DNA of 64,000 bases from positions 90,734-154,733 of the forward strand of contig JAZNFS010000033.1 in assembly GCA_045589175.1 (NCBI GenBank). The letters run 5' to 3'. The notes beneath the pieces were generated by a model that worked only from the letters and a program-made list of their open reading frames with translations, was not told where the DNA came from and did not search any database. The position numbers and the translations under genes are program-made. The DNA is from Christensenellaceae bacterium. Its GTDB lineage: Bacteria; Bacillota; Clostridia; Christensenellales; Borkfalkiaceae. Positions 33,164-42,845 of this stretch are shown here, piece after piece. Every line of letters begins with the position of its first letter. Within the stretch, counting starts at the first letter, position 1.

Positions 33164-33727
33164 ATGAACGCCATTTTTTTGTTATTTTGCACCTTTTCAC
33201 TAATTTTTTGTATTTTTAAAAGTCCCGAAACTGCTCTTTCGGCTATGCTTGAGGGGGCTAATAAATCAATTTCGCTGATTTTTACGCTTGCAAGCGTTTA
33301 TATCGTTTGGATGGGCGTTTATAATTTGCTTGAAAAATCGAAGGTTACAGATAAGATAGCTTTGGGATTAAAAAAACCTATAAATAAACTACTAAAAAAC
33401 AAGGATAGCGATACCGAAAAACTGCTTTGTATGAATTTTGCTTGCAATCTTTTAGGTCTTGGCGGAATAGCTACCCCACTAGGCATAAAAGCTTGCAGTA
33501 AAATGCAAGATAGCAATAATTTTTTTGGAGCGGAGCTTTTGGTCGTTATAAGCGCAACCTCAATTCAAGTTTTACCAACTTCAGTAATTTCGCTTGCAAT
33601 AAGTTACGGAGCTAAAAGTGCATACTCTTTAATTTTACCCTGCTTTTTATGCACCATTTTTTCAAGCGCTTTTGGAGTGCTTTTATTTTACTTTTTTAAA
33701 TCAAAAAAGTTAAAAGGGAAAAAATGA
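33164..33727 (+). CDS. spmA: Spore maturation protein A (nucleoside-recognition domain membrane protein)
   Basis: Membrane protein forming a 4-nt-overlapping pair with spmB. Typical length. Confidence 0.7.
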   Translation: MNAIFLLFCTFSLIFCIFKSPETALSAMLEGANKSISLIFTLASVYIVWMGVYNLLEKSKVTDKIALGLKKPINKLLKNKDSDTEKLLCMNFACNLLGLGGIATPLGIKACSKMQDSNNFFGAELLVVISATSIQVLPTSVISLAISYGAKSAYSLILPCFLCTIFSSAFGVLLFYFFKSKKLKGKK

Positions 33728-34236
33728 AAGTATTTGCTTTTATATTGCCTTGTTTTGTTTTATTCGCTTTTATTTCGGCTTTTTTAAAAAAAGTAAACGT
33801 TTACGATGCCTTTATATGTGGCATTAACGATGCTATAGCCCTACTTTTATCAATTTTTCCTTATATTTGCGCGGTTCTTATAATGAACGAGTTAGCGCTA
33901 AAAAGTGGGCTTTGGGATTTAGTGTGTAAACTTTTAAATCCAATATTTTCTTTTTTTAACCTTCCAACCGAGCTTACAAAGTTAATACTTATAAAGCCAC
34001 TTTCTGGAAGTGGCTCGCTTGCAATCCTTAGCGATATTTATAAAGCCTACGGGGTGGATAGTTATATCGCAAGGTGCGCCTCTTGTATTTTTTCAAGCAG
34101 TGAAACCGTTTTTTATATAGGAGCTTTGTATTTTTCTAAATGCAAAAATAAAAAGCTTACCACCGCAATTATAACCTGCCTTTTAAGCAATTTTGCATCT
34201 TGTATTTTCGCTTGCTTTATATGTAGGTTTTTATAA
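33724..34236 (+). CDS. spmB: Spore maturation protein B
   Basis: Membrane protein, partner of spmA. Confidence 0.7.
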   Translation: MKVFAFILPCFVLFAFISAFLKKVNVYDAFICGINDAIALLLSIFPYICAVLIMNELALKSGLWDLVCKLLNPIFSFFNLPTELTKLILIKPLSGSGSLAILSDIYKAYGVDSYIARCASCIFSSSETVFYIGALYFSKCKNKKLTTAIITCLLSNFASCIFACFICRFL

Positions 34237-34272
34237 ATGATTTTTTAAAACGCCGTTTGTTTTTTTGCATAC

Positions 34273-34296
34273 AAAAAGCGCGCTTTTTTTAAAGCC
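34273..34296 (+). terminator. Intrinsic terminator after spmB
   Basis: AAAAAGCGCGCTTTTTTT palindrome followed by a T-run. Confidence 0.45.
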
Positions 34297-34649
34297 CGCT
34301 TTTCTTTTTATTATTTTCAACACAAAAGTGCCGTTAATTGCCTTATACGGGCACTTTTTAAAAAATTCTTATATCCTCGCTAACAATTTTTACTTTAATG
34401 AAAAATTAGATATCTTACTACTTTCGAACTTACCCATCAAAAATTATTGTTAGAAAAAAGAGCTTTTTTTATAACCAAAAATCGCGCAAAAAACCTTGAT
34501 AATCAACTTATTGGGACTTTTTTATTACTTTTATAGTCATTTTTCGATAATTTGTTGTTTTTTTGTTGACTTTTGAATAATATAGTTGTAAAATTAATTT
34601 ATAATTAATTGTGATATAATTATTCTTTCATATAAGGGAGGGGTTAGAA

Positions 34650-35732
34650 ATGGCAGAAAAAGAGCTTATAAAATACGTTGGTGACAACAATACTTTAGTA
34701 CATAAATTCACTTGTCCCGATTTAAAACCAACTGCAGAACTTATGGTTCACGACTCGCAAGAAGCGGTTTTTTATAAAAACGGCCAAGCGTTAGACGTTT
34801 TTCCAGGCGGTATTCATTCTTTAAAACCTGAAAACGTACCATTTTTAAAACGTGTTTTCGGCGCTATTTTTGGCGGACCAAACACCTTCCCTTGCGATAT
34901 ATTCTTTGTAAATAAAGTTTCTGTGCTTGATATAATTTGGGGAACTGATTCTCCTATAGCGCTTGAAGATCCAAAATACCCTATGCTTATAAACGTTCGC
35001 GCAAACGGCCAAACGGGTTTAAAAATTAAAGACTCTAGCAAATTCGTTGCAAACGTAGTTGGTCAACTTCCAGAAATTAGCGTTGAAGCCGTTCGCCGTG
35101 CAATTAAAGGTATGATGATGAGTTCTATCAAAGAGTGTATTGCCATAGCAATTGCCGAACATAAAGTAAGCATTTTAGAAATTTCAACTAAACTTAGCGA
35201 ACTTTCTAACGCTATTTTAGCAAAATTAAACGCAAGAGTTGCCGATTTAGGTATTGAACTTAACCACTTTGCAATCAACTCAATCTCTGCAAGCGAAAGC
35301 GATCTTGAACAACTTCGCAAAACTAAAGCTGAAATGCTTAAGGGCTTTAGTGAAGCAGATATTGAAGCATATAAAATTTCAAGAATCAGTGAAGCGCGCG
35401 CCAAAGCACGTGAAACTGAAGGCTACACTTATGCCGACGAACGCAAATTTGACGTTTTAGAAGAAGCAGCAAAAAATGCTAACGCCCCTGCTTTTGCAGG
35501 CAACGCAGTTAACCAAATGGGCAACTCAACTTTAAACGCTCCTGCATCTAAACCAGTTCAACAAGGCACTGGTAAGGTTTGCCCCGAATGTGGTGCGCCA
35601 GTTGCAGAAGGTGCTAAGTTCTGTATGAACTGCGGTAAACAACAACCTGTTGCTATGTTCTGCCCTGAATGTGGTAACAAATGCGTTCCAGGAAGTAAAT
35701 TCTGCATGAACTGCGGAACTAAGCTCGGCTAA
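34650..35732 (+). CDS. SPFH/Band-7 domain protein with a C-terminal double zinc ribbon, paralog of 23534-24598
   Basis: SPFH core. The C-terminus has CPECGAP..CMNCGK..CPECGNK..CMNCGT. An upstream promoter reads TTGACT...TGTAAAAT. Confidence 0.7.
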   Translation: MAEKELIKYVGDNNTLVHKFTCPDLKPTAELMVHDSQEAVFYKNGQALDVFPGGIHSLKPENVPFLKRVFGAIFGGPNTFPCDIFFVNKVSVLDIIWGTDSPIALEDPKYPMLINVRANGQTGLKIKDSSKFVANVVGQLPEISVEAVRRAIKGMMMSSIKECIAIAIAEHKVSILEISTKLSELSNAILAKLNARVADLGIELNHFAINSISASESDLEQLRKTKAEMLKGFSEADIEAYKISRISEARAKARETEGYTYADERKFDVLEEAAKNANAPAFAGNAVNQMGNSTLNAPASKPVQQGTGKVCPECGAPVAEGAKFCMNCGKQQPVAMFCPECGNKCVPGSKFCMNCGTKLG

Positions 35733-35761
35733 AACTAAAACGCAAAATTAAAATTTACAAA

Positions 35762-36139
35762 ATGCGCAAACAAATACGTGAAATAAAAATTATCGACCTT
35801 ATCACTTACGCAGTTATCCCTGCTATTTTAATCGTTTTAGTGTGGACGGTTGGTTTAAAGACTTTACCAAAACTTTTAAAATACGAACTCGTTTGGTGGG
35901 TTTACCTAATTTACGGCGTTGTTACCTACTTTTTAACACAAAGGTTTGTAATAGGAATGGTGCTTTTTTATAAAGCATTCGCCCCACTTAGTGTAAGATC
36001 GGAATGTAGATTCGAGCCAACCTGCTCGACTTATATGATTATGGCTATACAAAAATACGGGCTAATAATCGGTGTAATAAAAGGAATCAAGCGGTTGCTT
36101 CGATGCCGTCCACCAAACGGCGGTGTTGACTACCCTTAA
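35762..36139 (+). CDS. yidD: YidD-family membrane protein insertion efficiency factor with an N-terminal TM extension
   Basis: Matches the YidD signature CRFEPTCSTY...RLLRCRPPNGGVDYP. Confidence 0.6.
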   Translation: MRKQIREIKIIDLITYAVIPAILIVLVWTVGLKTLPKLLKYELVWWVYLIYGVVTYFLTQRFVIGMVLFYKAFAPLSVRSECRFEPTCSTYMIMAIQKYGLIIGVIKGIKRLLRCRPPNGGVDYP

Positions 36140-36184
36140 TTTAATAAAAAGAAATAAAAATAAATGTTTTTTTTGGAGGAAAAA

Positions 36185-38992
36185 ATGGCTAATTTTTTAA
36201 CAGGTCGTTGTCCTAATTGTGACAGCAAGTTAGAATATTCAAGCAATGACCAAGTGGTTGTTTGTAATGCTTGTGATAGTTCTATCAGCGTTGCTCAATT
36301 ACAAGGCAACAGCGGTGCAAGCGTAGCACCTGCAGCAGCAGCATTCAGTCCTATGATGATGTTAGGTTTTGATAACCCAGAATCAGGAGTTGTTTTCGTT
36401 GAAAACTTCTTTGAAAACTATGATTGGGCAGATTATCAAGATTCAACTGAAATCAAACTTTACGAAATCAACGAAGTTATTGAAAACAATAAAATCAAAA
36501 ACGGCGCTGATGCACATTCTTGGTACTTAGCATTCAAAGGTTTAGCAGTTCCAGTAAGCAAGAAAATTGAAGGCTTGGCATTAAAAGCTAAATACATGCA
36601 CGACCAATACAATAGCGACGATAACAGCGAAAGCTTTGCAGCGTTTGACGTTTATCGTAGAGTTGTTGAAACTTTAGTTGCTCAACAAGGCGCTATCGTT
36701 AAAGAATTAGAATCAGCTATCAAATACGCTGAAAAGTTTAACCTTTCTGCCGATAAATTAGCTGAAATCAATGCTGAATTAGATGGTTTAAAGTCTCAAC
36801 TTTCTGCTTTACACCCAGTTAAAGATATCAACGAAATTCCTGAATATCTTGAAGCTCAACGCGCAGCAGATGCAAAGCTTGAAAAAGAATTACACGAAAC
36901 TAAAGGTATTAACGCGCCTGCTCTTTACCAAGCAGCTGTTGAAAATTTCAATGCTGGTGGCGAAGCTAAGAGAGCAGCTTTAAGAAGCTTTACTGAAATT
37001 CGTGGTTATGCCGACAGTAATCGTTACATTGAAAGAATCAATCACTACTATAAATATTTTGACGGCGATTTATTCTTCTTCGGTGATAAATACTATTTAT
37101 TTAGAAGAGAAGCTGCCCCAGCTCCAACCTTTGACGTTAAGAACTTAGGCGACAGCATTAAGGGTAAATTAGGCAAGAAGGGTAAAAAAGAAGCTGCTCC
37201 AGCTCCAGCACCTGTTGCTCAACCAACAGAAGTTGTAAAAACTCTTTCTTTATACGAAGTTGTTGTTGATGAAAAGAGTGGTAAGCCTGTTAAAGCTGAT
37301 AAACCTGTTTTAAGAGGTATTGAACAAGTTATTAAATACTTCAACAACTGCCTATACTTCTTCAACAGCAAGGGTATTTGCAAATTTGATTTAATTGGTA
37401 AATCTGAAACAGTTGTTGATACTGGTAAGCTTGCTGACTACAAGGCTGGTGGTAAATATCAAACAAGATTAGTTCTTAACGAAACTCACCTTCTTGTTAA
37501 GAAAAAACTTCAACCTAAGAAAGCAGAAGAGGCAAAGAAAGGTTGCTTATCATTCTTACCATTCGGCAAGAAAGCACCTGCTGCTCCTGAAAAAACTTTC
37601 AATAACTACGAATTAATTCTTATCGACTTAATGAGTGGCGAAAAGAAAACGGCTGTTAGCGAATTAGTTGACGTTGCTCTTGCATACGATAAAGAAATTT
37701 TCTACGTAAAAGCAGAATCATTAATCAAACCAGCACCTGCTAAGAAAGGTTGCTTATCATTCTTACCATTTGGCAAGAAAGAAGAAGCTCCTAAGGGTCC
37801 AGAATTCAAAACAGAACTTATGTTCTGCAACTTAAAAACAGGCGCTTGCTCAAAGATTCTTAATGAAGATTGCCAAATCCACAACGTTGTTGACGGTAAG
37901 GTTGTTTACACTCATTGGGAACCTGTTAGCCTTAACCAAGATTTATACGTTTACGATATTGCAAGCGCTCAATCAACTCTTATCGAAAATAACATTTACA
38001 GTTACTTCGACGTTATCGGTGGTAAAGTTTACTACACTATCGGTAATAAGGACTTCCGCCCATTAGTTCGCGCTAACTTCGACGGTACTGATAGAAAAGA
38101 ACTTATGAGAAACGTTGAACGCGTTATTTCTGCTAAGGGTAACTGGTTATACCTTAAGAAAGGTTCTGGTAGAAACGCTGCTATTGTTAAATTTAACGTA
38201 GAAACTGGCAAACGCGTTGTAATTTGTACACAAGTTGATAGAATTCTTCGTGAAACTTCAACTCATATCCACTACGTTGACATTTATAACAACCTACGCG
38301 TTGTTCGTACAGATGGTAAGGAAAATAGACTTATTGCTGAAAACTTTGAAACATTCTTCATCGTTGGTAAAGATTGCATCTACTATGCTCGTAACGAAGC
38401 AGTTGATACAAATGCAAGCGGTTTATCACTTTACGTAATGGATCCAGACGGCAACAATTCAAGAAAGTTAGTATTCAACGTTGAATCTATTTCAGATTAC
38501 GATGAACAATACTTATACTACAAGAAGGTTGAAACCGTTCGCTTCAAAGTTACTAAAACTATCGGCAAAGGTCAAACTGAAGAATCATTTGAATCTCGTA
38601 AGTTAACAAGCTACTACAAGTACAATAAGGAAACTGGCAAGAGCGAAGAAGTATTACTTGTTGGTTGGCCAACCGGTAGCTCAACTTACCAAGAAAAGAC
38701 TGGTTGCTTAGCTAAATTCGGTATTGGTAAGACTAAAGACGTTAAGACCGATAACATATACGAAAGAATTCCTGCTAAGTGCAGATTTAAATACAGAGGT
38801 CTTGCTGCTGCCGGCGCTGTAGAAGCTGAACACGCTGCAGAAGAAGAAAAGAAGAACAATCCAGCACCTGCTGCTGGCGCACCTGCTAACGCTCCAGCTG
38901 CTCAAGGCGGAATTTTAGGTAAAATTACTTCTGCTTTAACTAACCTTAAAAACCGCGTTGTTGGATTCTTTAAAAAACTTTTCAAAAAATAA
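36185..38992 (+). CDS. Large zinc-ribbon / DUF5050 (beta-propeller-like) protein with an internal tandem repeat and a C-terminal amphipathic helix
   Basis: ATG 36185 follows a GGAGG RBS. N-terminal CPNCDS..CNACDS. KKGCLSFLPFGKK occurs twice. Propeller-like DG-x-VYYT repeats follow. Confidence 0.55.
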   Translation: MANFLTGRCPNCDSKLEYSSNDQVVVCNACDSSISVAQLQGNSGASVAPAAAAFSPMMMLGFDNPESGVVFVENFFENYDWADYQDSTEIKLYEINEVIENNKIKNGADAHSWYLAFKGLAVPVSKKIEGLALKAKYMHDQYNSDDNSESFAAFDVYRRVVETLVAQQGAIVKELESAIKYAEKFNLSADKLAEINAELDGLKSQLSALHPVKDINEIPEYLEAQRAADAKLEKELHETKGINAPALYQAAVENFNAGGEAKRAALRSFTEIRGYADSNRYIERINHYYKYFDGDLFFFGDKYYLFRREAAPAPTFDVKNLGDSIKGKLGKKGKKEAAPAPAPVAQPTEVVKTLSLYEVVVDEKSGKPVKADKPVLRGIEQVIKYFNNCLYFFNSKGICKFDLIGKSETVVDTGKLADYKAGGKYQTRLVLNETHLLVKKKLQPKKAEEAKKGCLSFLPFGKKAPAAPEKTFNNYELILIDLMSGEKKTAVSELVDVALAYDKEIFYVKAESLIKPAPAKKGCLSFLPFGKKEEAPKGPEFKTELMFCNLKTGACSKILNEDCQIHNVVDGKVVYTHWEPVSLNQDLYVYDIASAQSTLIENNIYSYFDVIGGKVYYTIGNKDFRPLVRANFDGTDRKELMRNVERVISAKGNWLYLKKGSGRNAAIVKFNVETGKRVVICTQVDRILRETSTHIHYVDIYNNLRVVRTDGKENRLIAENFETFFIVGKDCIYYARNEAVDTNASGLSLYVMDPDGNNSRKLVFNVESISDYDEQYLYYKKVETVRFKVTKTIGKGQTEESFESRKLTSYYKYNKETGKSEEVLLVGWPTGSSTYQEKTGCLAKFGIGKTKDVKTDNIYERIPAKCRFKYRGLAAAGAVEAEHAAEEEKKNNPAPAAGAPANAPAAQGGILGKITSALTNLKNRVVGFFKKLFKK

Positions 38993-39013
38993 TAACTAAA
39001 TATTAAACAGCTT

Positions 39014-39051
39014 AACGCCGTGAGTGAATTTTTACTCACGGCGTGTTTTTT
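39014..39051 (+). terminator. Intrinsic terminator
   Basis: ACGCCGTGAGTGAATTTTTACTCACGGCGT followed by a T-run. Confidence 0.6.
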
Positions 39052-39226
39052 ATATTCCGCAACTCATTTTAAAAGTAATAATTTTATTACTATACGCTTT
39101 TGCTTTTTATAAAAATTATGTAAAAAAAGATTACCTTTTAAATTAATATTTTTACCTTTTTAACTTTCTTTTTTAAGCGCTGTTAAAAGAATGGACTAAA
39201 ACGCGTAATTATGTTATAATTTTTCT

Positions 39227-40540
39227 ATGTTTGACAAAAGCCTTTTTAACAAACAAGAAAGTGTTGCCGTTGCCCTTTCGGGTGGGAAAGATTCGGTTTT
39301 CTTATTACACCTTCTTTATAAAAACGCCTTAGAGCTTGGCATCACTTTAAAAGCTATTAACGTTGAACACGGAATACGTGGCGAATCTTCCATTCGCGAT
39401 AGCGAGTTTGTAAAAGAGCTTTGCGCAAAACTCAACGTAGAACTTTTATGCTTTAGCGTAAACACTTTAGCGCACTGCAAAGAAAATGGCTATAGCGAAG
39501 AGCAGTCTGCACGCATTTTACGCTATGAATGCTTTAAAAAAGCAATAAGCGATGGGTTTTGTGATAAGGTTGCTACAGCCCACCACGCTAGCGACAACGC
39601 CGAAACGGTGCTTTTAAACCTATTTAGGGGAAGCGCTCTTTCTGGCGTTTCTGGCATTCCTAAAACCACCTTAAACGGCAAGATCGTGCGACCTATACTA
39701 AATACTTCAAAACAAACGATTGAAGAATATATTAAAAAAAATAATCTGCCTTTCGTTATTGACGAAAGCAATGAATCTAGCGATTATTCGCGAAATTTCA
39801 TAAGAAACTGTGTTTTACCGCAAATTGAAAAAAGGTTTGAAAGCGCAACCACCGCCATCAACCGCTTTTCTTCTATTGCCTTTGAAGAAAACCAACTACT
39901 TGACCAACTTGCGCAAAAACTAATTGAAAATAATAGTGTAATTATTCCCGAAAAAGAGCAGTTTGTTCTATTTAAGCGCGCTTGTTTAAAAATTATTAAG
40001 TCTATGGGTTTTGAAAAAGACTTTACTAAAACTCATCTCGACAATATTATTGATTTAACCAAAAAACAAACCGGAAGAAAAATAAATTTAAAATTTGGGC
40101 TTATCGCGCATAAAGTGTCGAATAGAATTGTATTTATAAAAAACGAAAAAATCGACGAAAATATTTATCAAATAACTTTTGATAAACCAATTGAAACCAA
40201 ACGTTATATAATCAATTTAGAAACAGTAAAAAAGCCTACAAAAGAGCAATTAACAAATGGCGAAGTTTTATATTTTGATAAAAACAAACTTCCCGAAAGC
40301 GCAATAATTCGCACGAAAAAAATAGGCGATGAAATATATACTTTCGGCAAAAAACAAATATCACTAAAAAAGTTTTTTACCGATAAAAAAATTGATAGCA
40401 CTACCAATAAACACTTACCCTTAATTGCTATTGAAAGCGAGATTTTTGCCGTTTGCACGGTTGATATTTCTCAAAAGTTAGCAGTGGATGAAAACACCAC
40501 TCAAATAATTAAACTTACCGCAAAGAAAAAAGGAGAGTAG
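39227..40540 (+). CDS. tilS: tRNA(Ile)-lysidine synthetase
   Basis: PP-loop SGGKDS. Followed by hpt as in Firmicutes. Confidence 0.9.
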   Translation: MFDKSLFNKQESVAVALSGGKDSVFLLHLLYKNALELGITLKAINVEHGIRGESSIRDSEFVKELCAKLNVELLCFSVNTLAHCKENGYSEEQSARILRYECFKKAISDGFCDKVATAHHASDNAETVLLNLFRGSALSGVSGIPKTTLNGKIVRPILNTSKQTIEEYIKKNNLPFVIDESNESSDYSRNFIRNCVLPQIEKRFESATTAINRFSSIAFEENQLLDQLAQKLIENNSVIIPEKEQFVLFKRACLKIIKSMGFEKDFTKTHLDNIIDLTKKQTGRKINLKFGLIAHKVSNRIVFIKNEKIDENIYQITFDKPIETKRYIINLETVKKPTKEQLTNGEVLYFDKNKLPESAIIRTKKIGDEIYTFGKKQISLKKFFTDKKIDSTTNKHLPLIAIESEIFAVCTVDISQKLAVDENTTQIIKLTAKKKGE

Positions 40541-40541
40541 C

Positions 40542-41078
40542 ATGTATAATCAACTTGAAAGAATTTTATTTTCTAAACAGCAACTTGAAAAACGAGTAAA
40601 AGAACTTGGCTCAACTTTAAGCGCCGATTATAAGGATAAAAATCCCCTGCTTATTTGCATTTTAAAAGGAAGCACACTTTTTTACGCAGATTTAGTTAGA
40701 GCGATGGATATCCACCTTAATTTCGACTTTATGGCAGTTAGCAGTTACGGTGCAGAAACTCGTTCTTCTGGCGAAGTTAAAATGATAAAAGACCTTGACT
40801 ATTCTATCGCCGACCGTCACGTTATTATAGTTGAAGATATAGTAGATACCGGTTTTACTTTAAAGTATTTAAAGAAACTGTTATGCGCTAGAAAGCCAGC
40901 ATCACTAAAAATATGCACTCTTTTAAATAAACCAAGCCGTAGAGAAGTTGATTTGATGCCTGACTACGTGGGATTTGAAGTTGGCAATCACTTCGTTGTT
41001 GGCTACGGACTTGATTACGATGAAAAGTTTAGAAATCTACCCGAGATAGGCGTTTTAAAAGAGGAAGTTTATAAATAA
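40542..41078 (+). CDS. hpt: Hypoxanthine phosphoribosyltransferase
   Basis: PRPP-binding motif VIIVEDIVDTGFTL. Confidence 0.9.
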   Translation: MYNQLERILFSKQQLEKRVKELGSTLSADYKDKNPLLICILKGSTLFYADLVRAMDIHLNFDFMAVSSYGAETRSSGEVKMIKDLDYSIADRHVIIVEDIVDTGFTLKYLKKLLCARKPASLKICTLLNKPSRREVDLMPDYVGFEVGNHFVVGYGLDYDEKFRNLPEIGVLKEEVYK

Positions 41079-41079
41079 A

Positions 41080-42015
41080 ATGTTTGATAATATACTTGAG
41101 CAAATTAAAAATCACGATACAATAATCATTCACCGCCACACCAAGCCCGACGGCGACGCACTCGGCTCGCAGATAGGCTTAAAGCACCTTATTAAACACA
41201 ATTTTCCCAACAAAAAAGTGTTTGTCGTTGGCGATATGACCGAGCGTTATTCCTTTATTAACGACTGTGTAATGGATGAAATTGACGATAGCGTATATAG
41301 CGATGCTCTCGCCTTTGTTTTAGACCTTTCTGCTCCACATTTGGTATCCGACGAAAGATATAAATTAGCAAAAACAACCGTTCGTATCGACCATCACCTT
41401 TTTATTGAAAAGTTTTGCGATATAGAAGTTACGGACAGTAGTTTTGAAAGTTGCGCAGGGCTTATTGCGTACTTTGCCAAGAGCTGTAATCTTGGTTTAA
41501 ACGCGCAAAGCGCAAGCGCGCTATATACGGGAATGGTAACCGATTCTGGCCGTTTTAGATATGATTCAACCACTTCACGAACCTTTGAAGTTGCATCTTT
41601 TTTATTAACCGTTCCTTTTTCGTTAACCGATATATACGTAAACCTTTACGCCGACGATTTTGAGTTTATAAAACTTCGCGCAAGCTTTATTTTAAAAATT
41701 AATTTTACAGATAAAAAGGTTGCATATATCTATACTACTAAAGAAGAAATGGCTAAGCTTAACAAAGATACTTTTACTATTTCACGCGGAATGGTTAATA
41801 CTATGTCCGATTTAAAGGGCGTTGACGTTTGGGTTAACTTTACCGAAACTGAAGATGCTGTTCTTTGCGAAATTCGCTCGTCAAAGTATAACATTAACCC
41901 CATTGCTGTTAAGTACGGCGGTGGCGGACACGCAAAAGCAAGCGGAGCAACCCTACCCAACAAACAAACCGCTATGGCGCTACTTAACGACTTAAACGAC
42001 TTAATTGTAGAATAA
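41080..42015 (+). CDS. nrnA: DHH-family bifunctional oligoribonuclease / pAp phosphatase
   Basis: DHH motifs HRHTKPDGDALGS and IDHH, plus the DHHA1 segment GGGHAKASGA. Confidence 0.8.
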   Translation: MFDNILEQIKNHDTIIIHRHTKPDGDALGSQIGLKHLIKHNFPNKKVFVVGDMTERYSFINDCVMDEIDDSVYSDALAFVLDLSAPHLVSDERYKLAKTTVRIDHHLFIEKFCDIEVTDSSFESCAGLIAYFAKSCNLGLNAQSASALYTGMVTDSGRFRYDSTTSRTFEVASFLLTVPFSLTDIYVNLYADDFEFIKLRASFILKINFTDKKVAYIYTTKEEMAKLNKDTFTISRGMVNTMSDLKGVDVWVNFTETEDAVLCEIRSSKYNINPIAVKYGGGGHAKASGATLPNKQTAMALLNDLNDLIVE

Positions 42016-42055
42016 ATAGCATGAGATGACTCGACTTGCGCGTAATCACAACGCA

Positions 42056-42103
42056 TTCTCCTTCCACCGCTAAAGCGGTCCCCCTTCCTCCCGGAGGACG
42101 GCT
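42056..42103 (+). repeat. GC-rich repeat, type B copy 1 (TTCTCCTTCCACCGCTAAAGCGGTCCCCCTTCCTCCCGGAGGACGGCT)
   Basis: Carries two short hairpins (ACCGC-TAAA-GCGGT and TCCTC-CCG-GAGGA). Near-identical copies lie at 42616 and 44721. Confidence 0.6.
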
Positions 42104-42161
42104 AATTTATATAAGCAAAATAAAAAAAAATATAGTTAATTAAAAAGGTTTTATATAAATA

Positions 42162-42539
42162 ATGTCGCTTGATTATAATAAAAAAAATATAACACTTGCA
42201 AAAAATTTACGCAAGAATGCAACGCCTCAAGAGAATCATTTATGGTATGACTTTTTATCAAAATATGATATTAGGTTTCAGCGACAAAAAGCAATAGATA
42301 ATTTTATTGCAGACTTTTATTGTCATAAAGCAAAACTTGTTATAGAAATTGACGGTTCGCAACATTATACCGAAAAGGGGAAAAGTCAAGACTTTTTTAG
42401 AACCGAGATTTTAGAGGAATATAATTTACAAGTTATACGATTTACAAACTTCGATATTGATTCCAACTTTCAGGGCGTATGCGAGTATATCGACAAAGTA
42501 GTAAAGCAAAATATTATAAACTATAAAAAGCGAATTTAA
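42162..42539 (+). CDS. DUF559 (Vsr-like endonuclease fold) protein
   Basis: Carries the ATPQENHLW..FQRQKAI.NFIADFYC..AKLVIEIDGSQH..VIRF pattern typical of the DUF559 family. Confidence 0.65.
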   Translation: MSLDYNKKNITLAKNLRKNATPQENHLWYDFLSKYDIRFQRQKAIDNFIADFYCHKAKLVIEIDGSQHYTEKGKSQDFFRTEILEEYNLQVIRFTNFDIDSNFQGVCEYIDKVVKQNIINYKKRI

Positions 42540-42542
42540 GTT

Positions 42543-42593
42543 AAGGCTCCTTCGGGGAGGGAGCTGGCGCGTATGAGACTGAGGGAGAATGCC
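42543..42593 (+). repeat. GC-rich repeat, type A copy 1 (AAGGCTCCTTCGGGGAGGGAGCTGGCG...GAGGGAGAATGCC)
   Basis: GCUCC-UUCGGGGAG-GGAGC hairpin containing a UUCG loop. Second copy at 42707. Confidence 0.55.
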
Positions 42594-42615
42594 CTTTACG
42601 TGCTTTTAATTTTTT

Positions 42616-42667
42616 CGCTTTCTCCTTCCACCGCTGAAGCGGTCCCCCTTCCTCCCGGAGGACGGCT
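42616..42667 (+). repeat. GC-rich repeat, type B copy 2
   Basis: 50/52-nt identity with copies 1 and 3. Confidence 0.6.
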
Positions 42668-42706
42668 TGGAAAATTTTGCTTAGACTTACATTATTAGTA
42701 TAAAAT

Positions 42707-42757
42707 AGGCTCCTTCGGGGAGGGAGCTGGCGTGCAAACGCCTGAGGGAGAGTGCCA
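42707..42757 (+). repeat. GC-rich repeat, type A copy 2
   Basis: Near-identical to 42543-42593 over the first 27 nt and the last 13 nt. Confidence 0.55.
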
Positions 42758-42845
42758 TTTTGCTTTTAAACGCGTTTTAAAATAGAAAAAGTTAAAAAAC
42801 AAAAACGGCTTTGTAATAATACCAAAGTCCAAAAAGGTATAAAAT

